DNA of 64,000 nt. Origin: Bdellovibrionales bacterium (GTDB taxonomy: Bacteria > Bdellovibrionota > Bdellovibrionia > Bdellovibrionales > UBA1609). The stretch's first letter is position 1, and every line of letters begins with the position of its first letter. Positions 63,630 through 64,000 of the stretch are shown here, piece by piece. The stretch spans positions 128,001-192,000 of the forward strand of contig OZ244719.1 in the NCBI GenBank assembly GCA_965219095.1. Reading direction: 5' to 3'. The translations under genes and the position numbers were made by a program. A model generated the notes under the pieces. The model saw nothing but the letters and a program-made list of their open reading frames with translations, made no database searches and was not told where the DNA came from.

Positions 63630-64000
63630 ATAAAAATCGCCTTATATCATAACCTTGGAAAACTGCCAGAACCTCCGGGAACCCATAGATTCTTTTGAGG
63701 AGGCTATATTTCTTTTGTAGCAAAGAATGAACCCTTGTGCAAGTCCATAAATCTATTTCAAAACCAAACTTTGAAGCAGGCTTCTGTAGGTCTTTTTCAA
63801 TTCTTTTAACAGTCTTATCTCTGATTTTTGGAGGACGTTCAGATCGTTTCTTTTCTTTCAAATCTTCAAATGAATTGTTTCGCTCATAAATTTCAATCCA
63901 CTTGTATATGGTAACACGATGACGACCAATATTTTTTGCTATTGTGGGAGCTGTCTTGCCATTCAAATAATTTTGAACTACTCTTTTCTTTTCTTCGTAG
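63630..64000 (-). mobile_element. IS630-like transposase N-terminal fragment cut by an ISL3 right end (63630-63703)
   Basis: HTH (IAKNIGRHRVTIYKW..RPPK..WT) abutting GCCTCCTCAAAAGAATCTATGGG. Confidence 0.75.

Overview
AT-rich bacterial window (about 30% GC by eye). The gene repertoire suggests a Bdellovibrionota-like host, which is an inference. Positions 963-24611 are a ~23.6-kb integrative conjugative-type element inserted at the 3' end of tRNA-fMet (24605-24681, minus strand). It carries a decaying R-M cassette, a regulator plus secreted-protein pair, a sigma-70 region-4 protein, a VirB2/3/4/5/6/8/9/10-like operon, an FtsK/TcpA-like ATPase, a Replic_Relax-type relaxase, a DNA methyltransferase, three paralogous small genes and a large serine recombinase (LSR). 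The most striking feature is that the attachment junction lies inside the LSR reading frame. Integrated, the LSR ends 4 codons into the antisense tRNA. Circularised, it would fuse in frame to a 158-aa HTH + recombinase-domain module at the other end of the element (963-1439), which has no convincing start of its own. The rest of the window is housekeeping genes (ahpC, psd, scoAB, thiolase, lspA, dacB, lytic transglycosylase) interleaved with dense, nested IS debris (IS630, ISL3, IS66, IS5, IS1634, IS110, IS3, IS256) and MITEs. It also contains a bridge/seekRNA-like structured 3' end of an IS110-family remnant, and a type I R-M locus with a HEPN gene and an MNT-HsdS fusion. All family calls come from motif recognition by eye; no searches were run.
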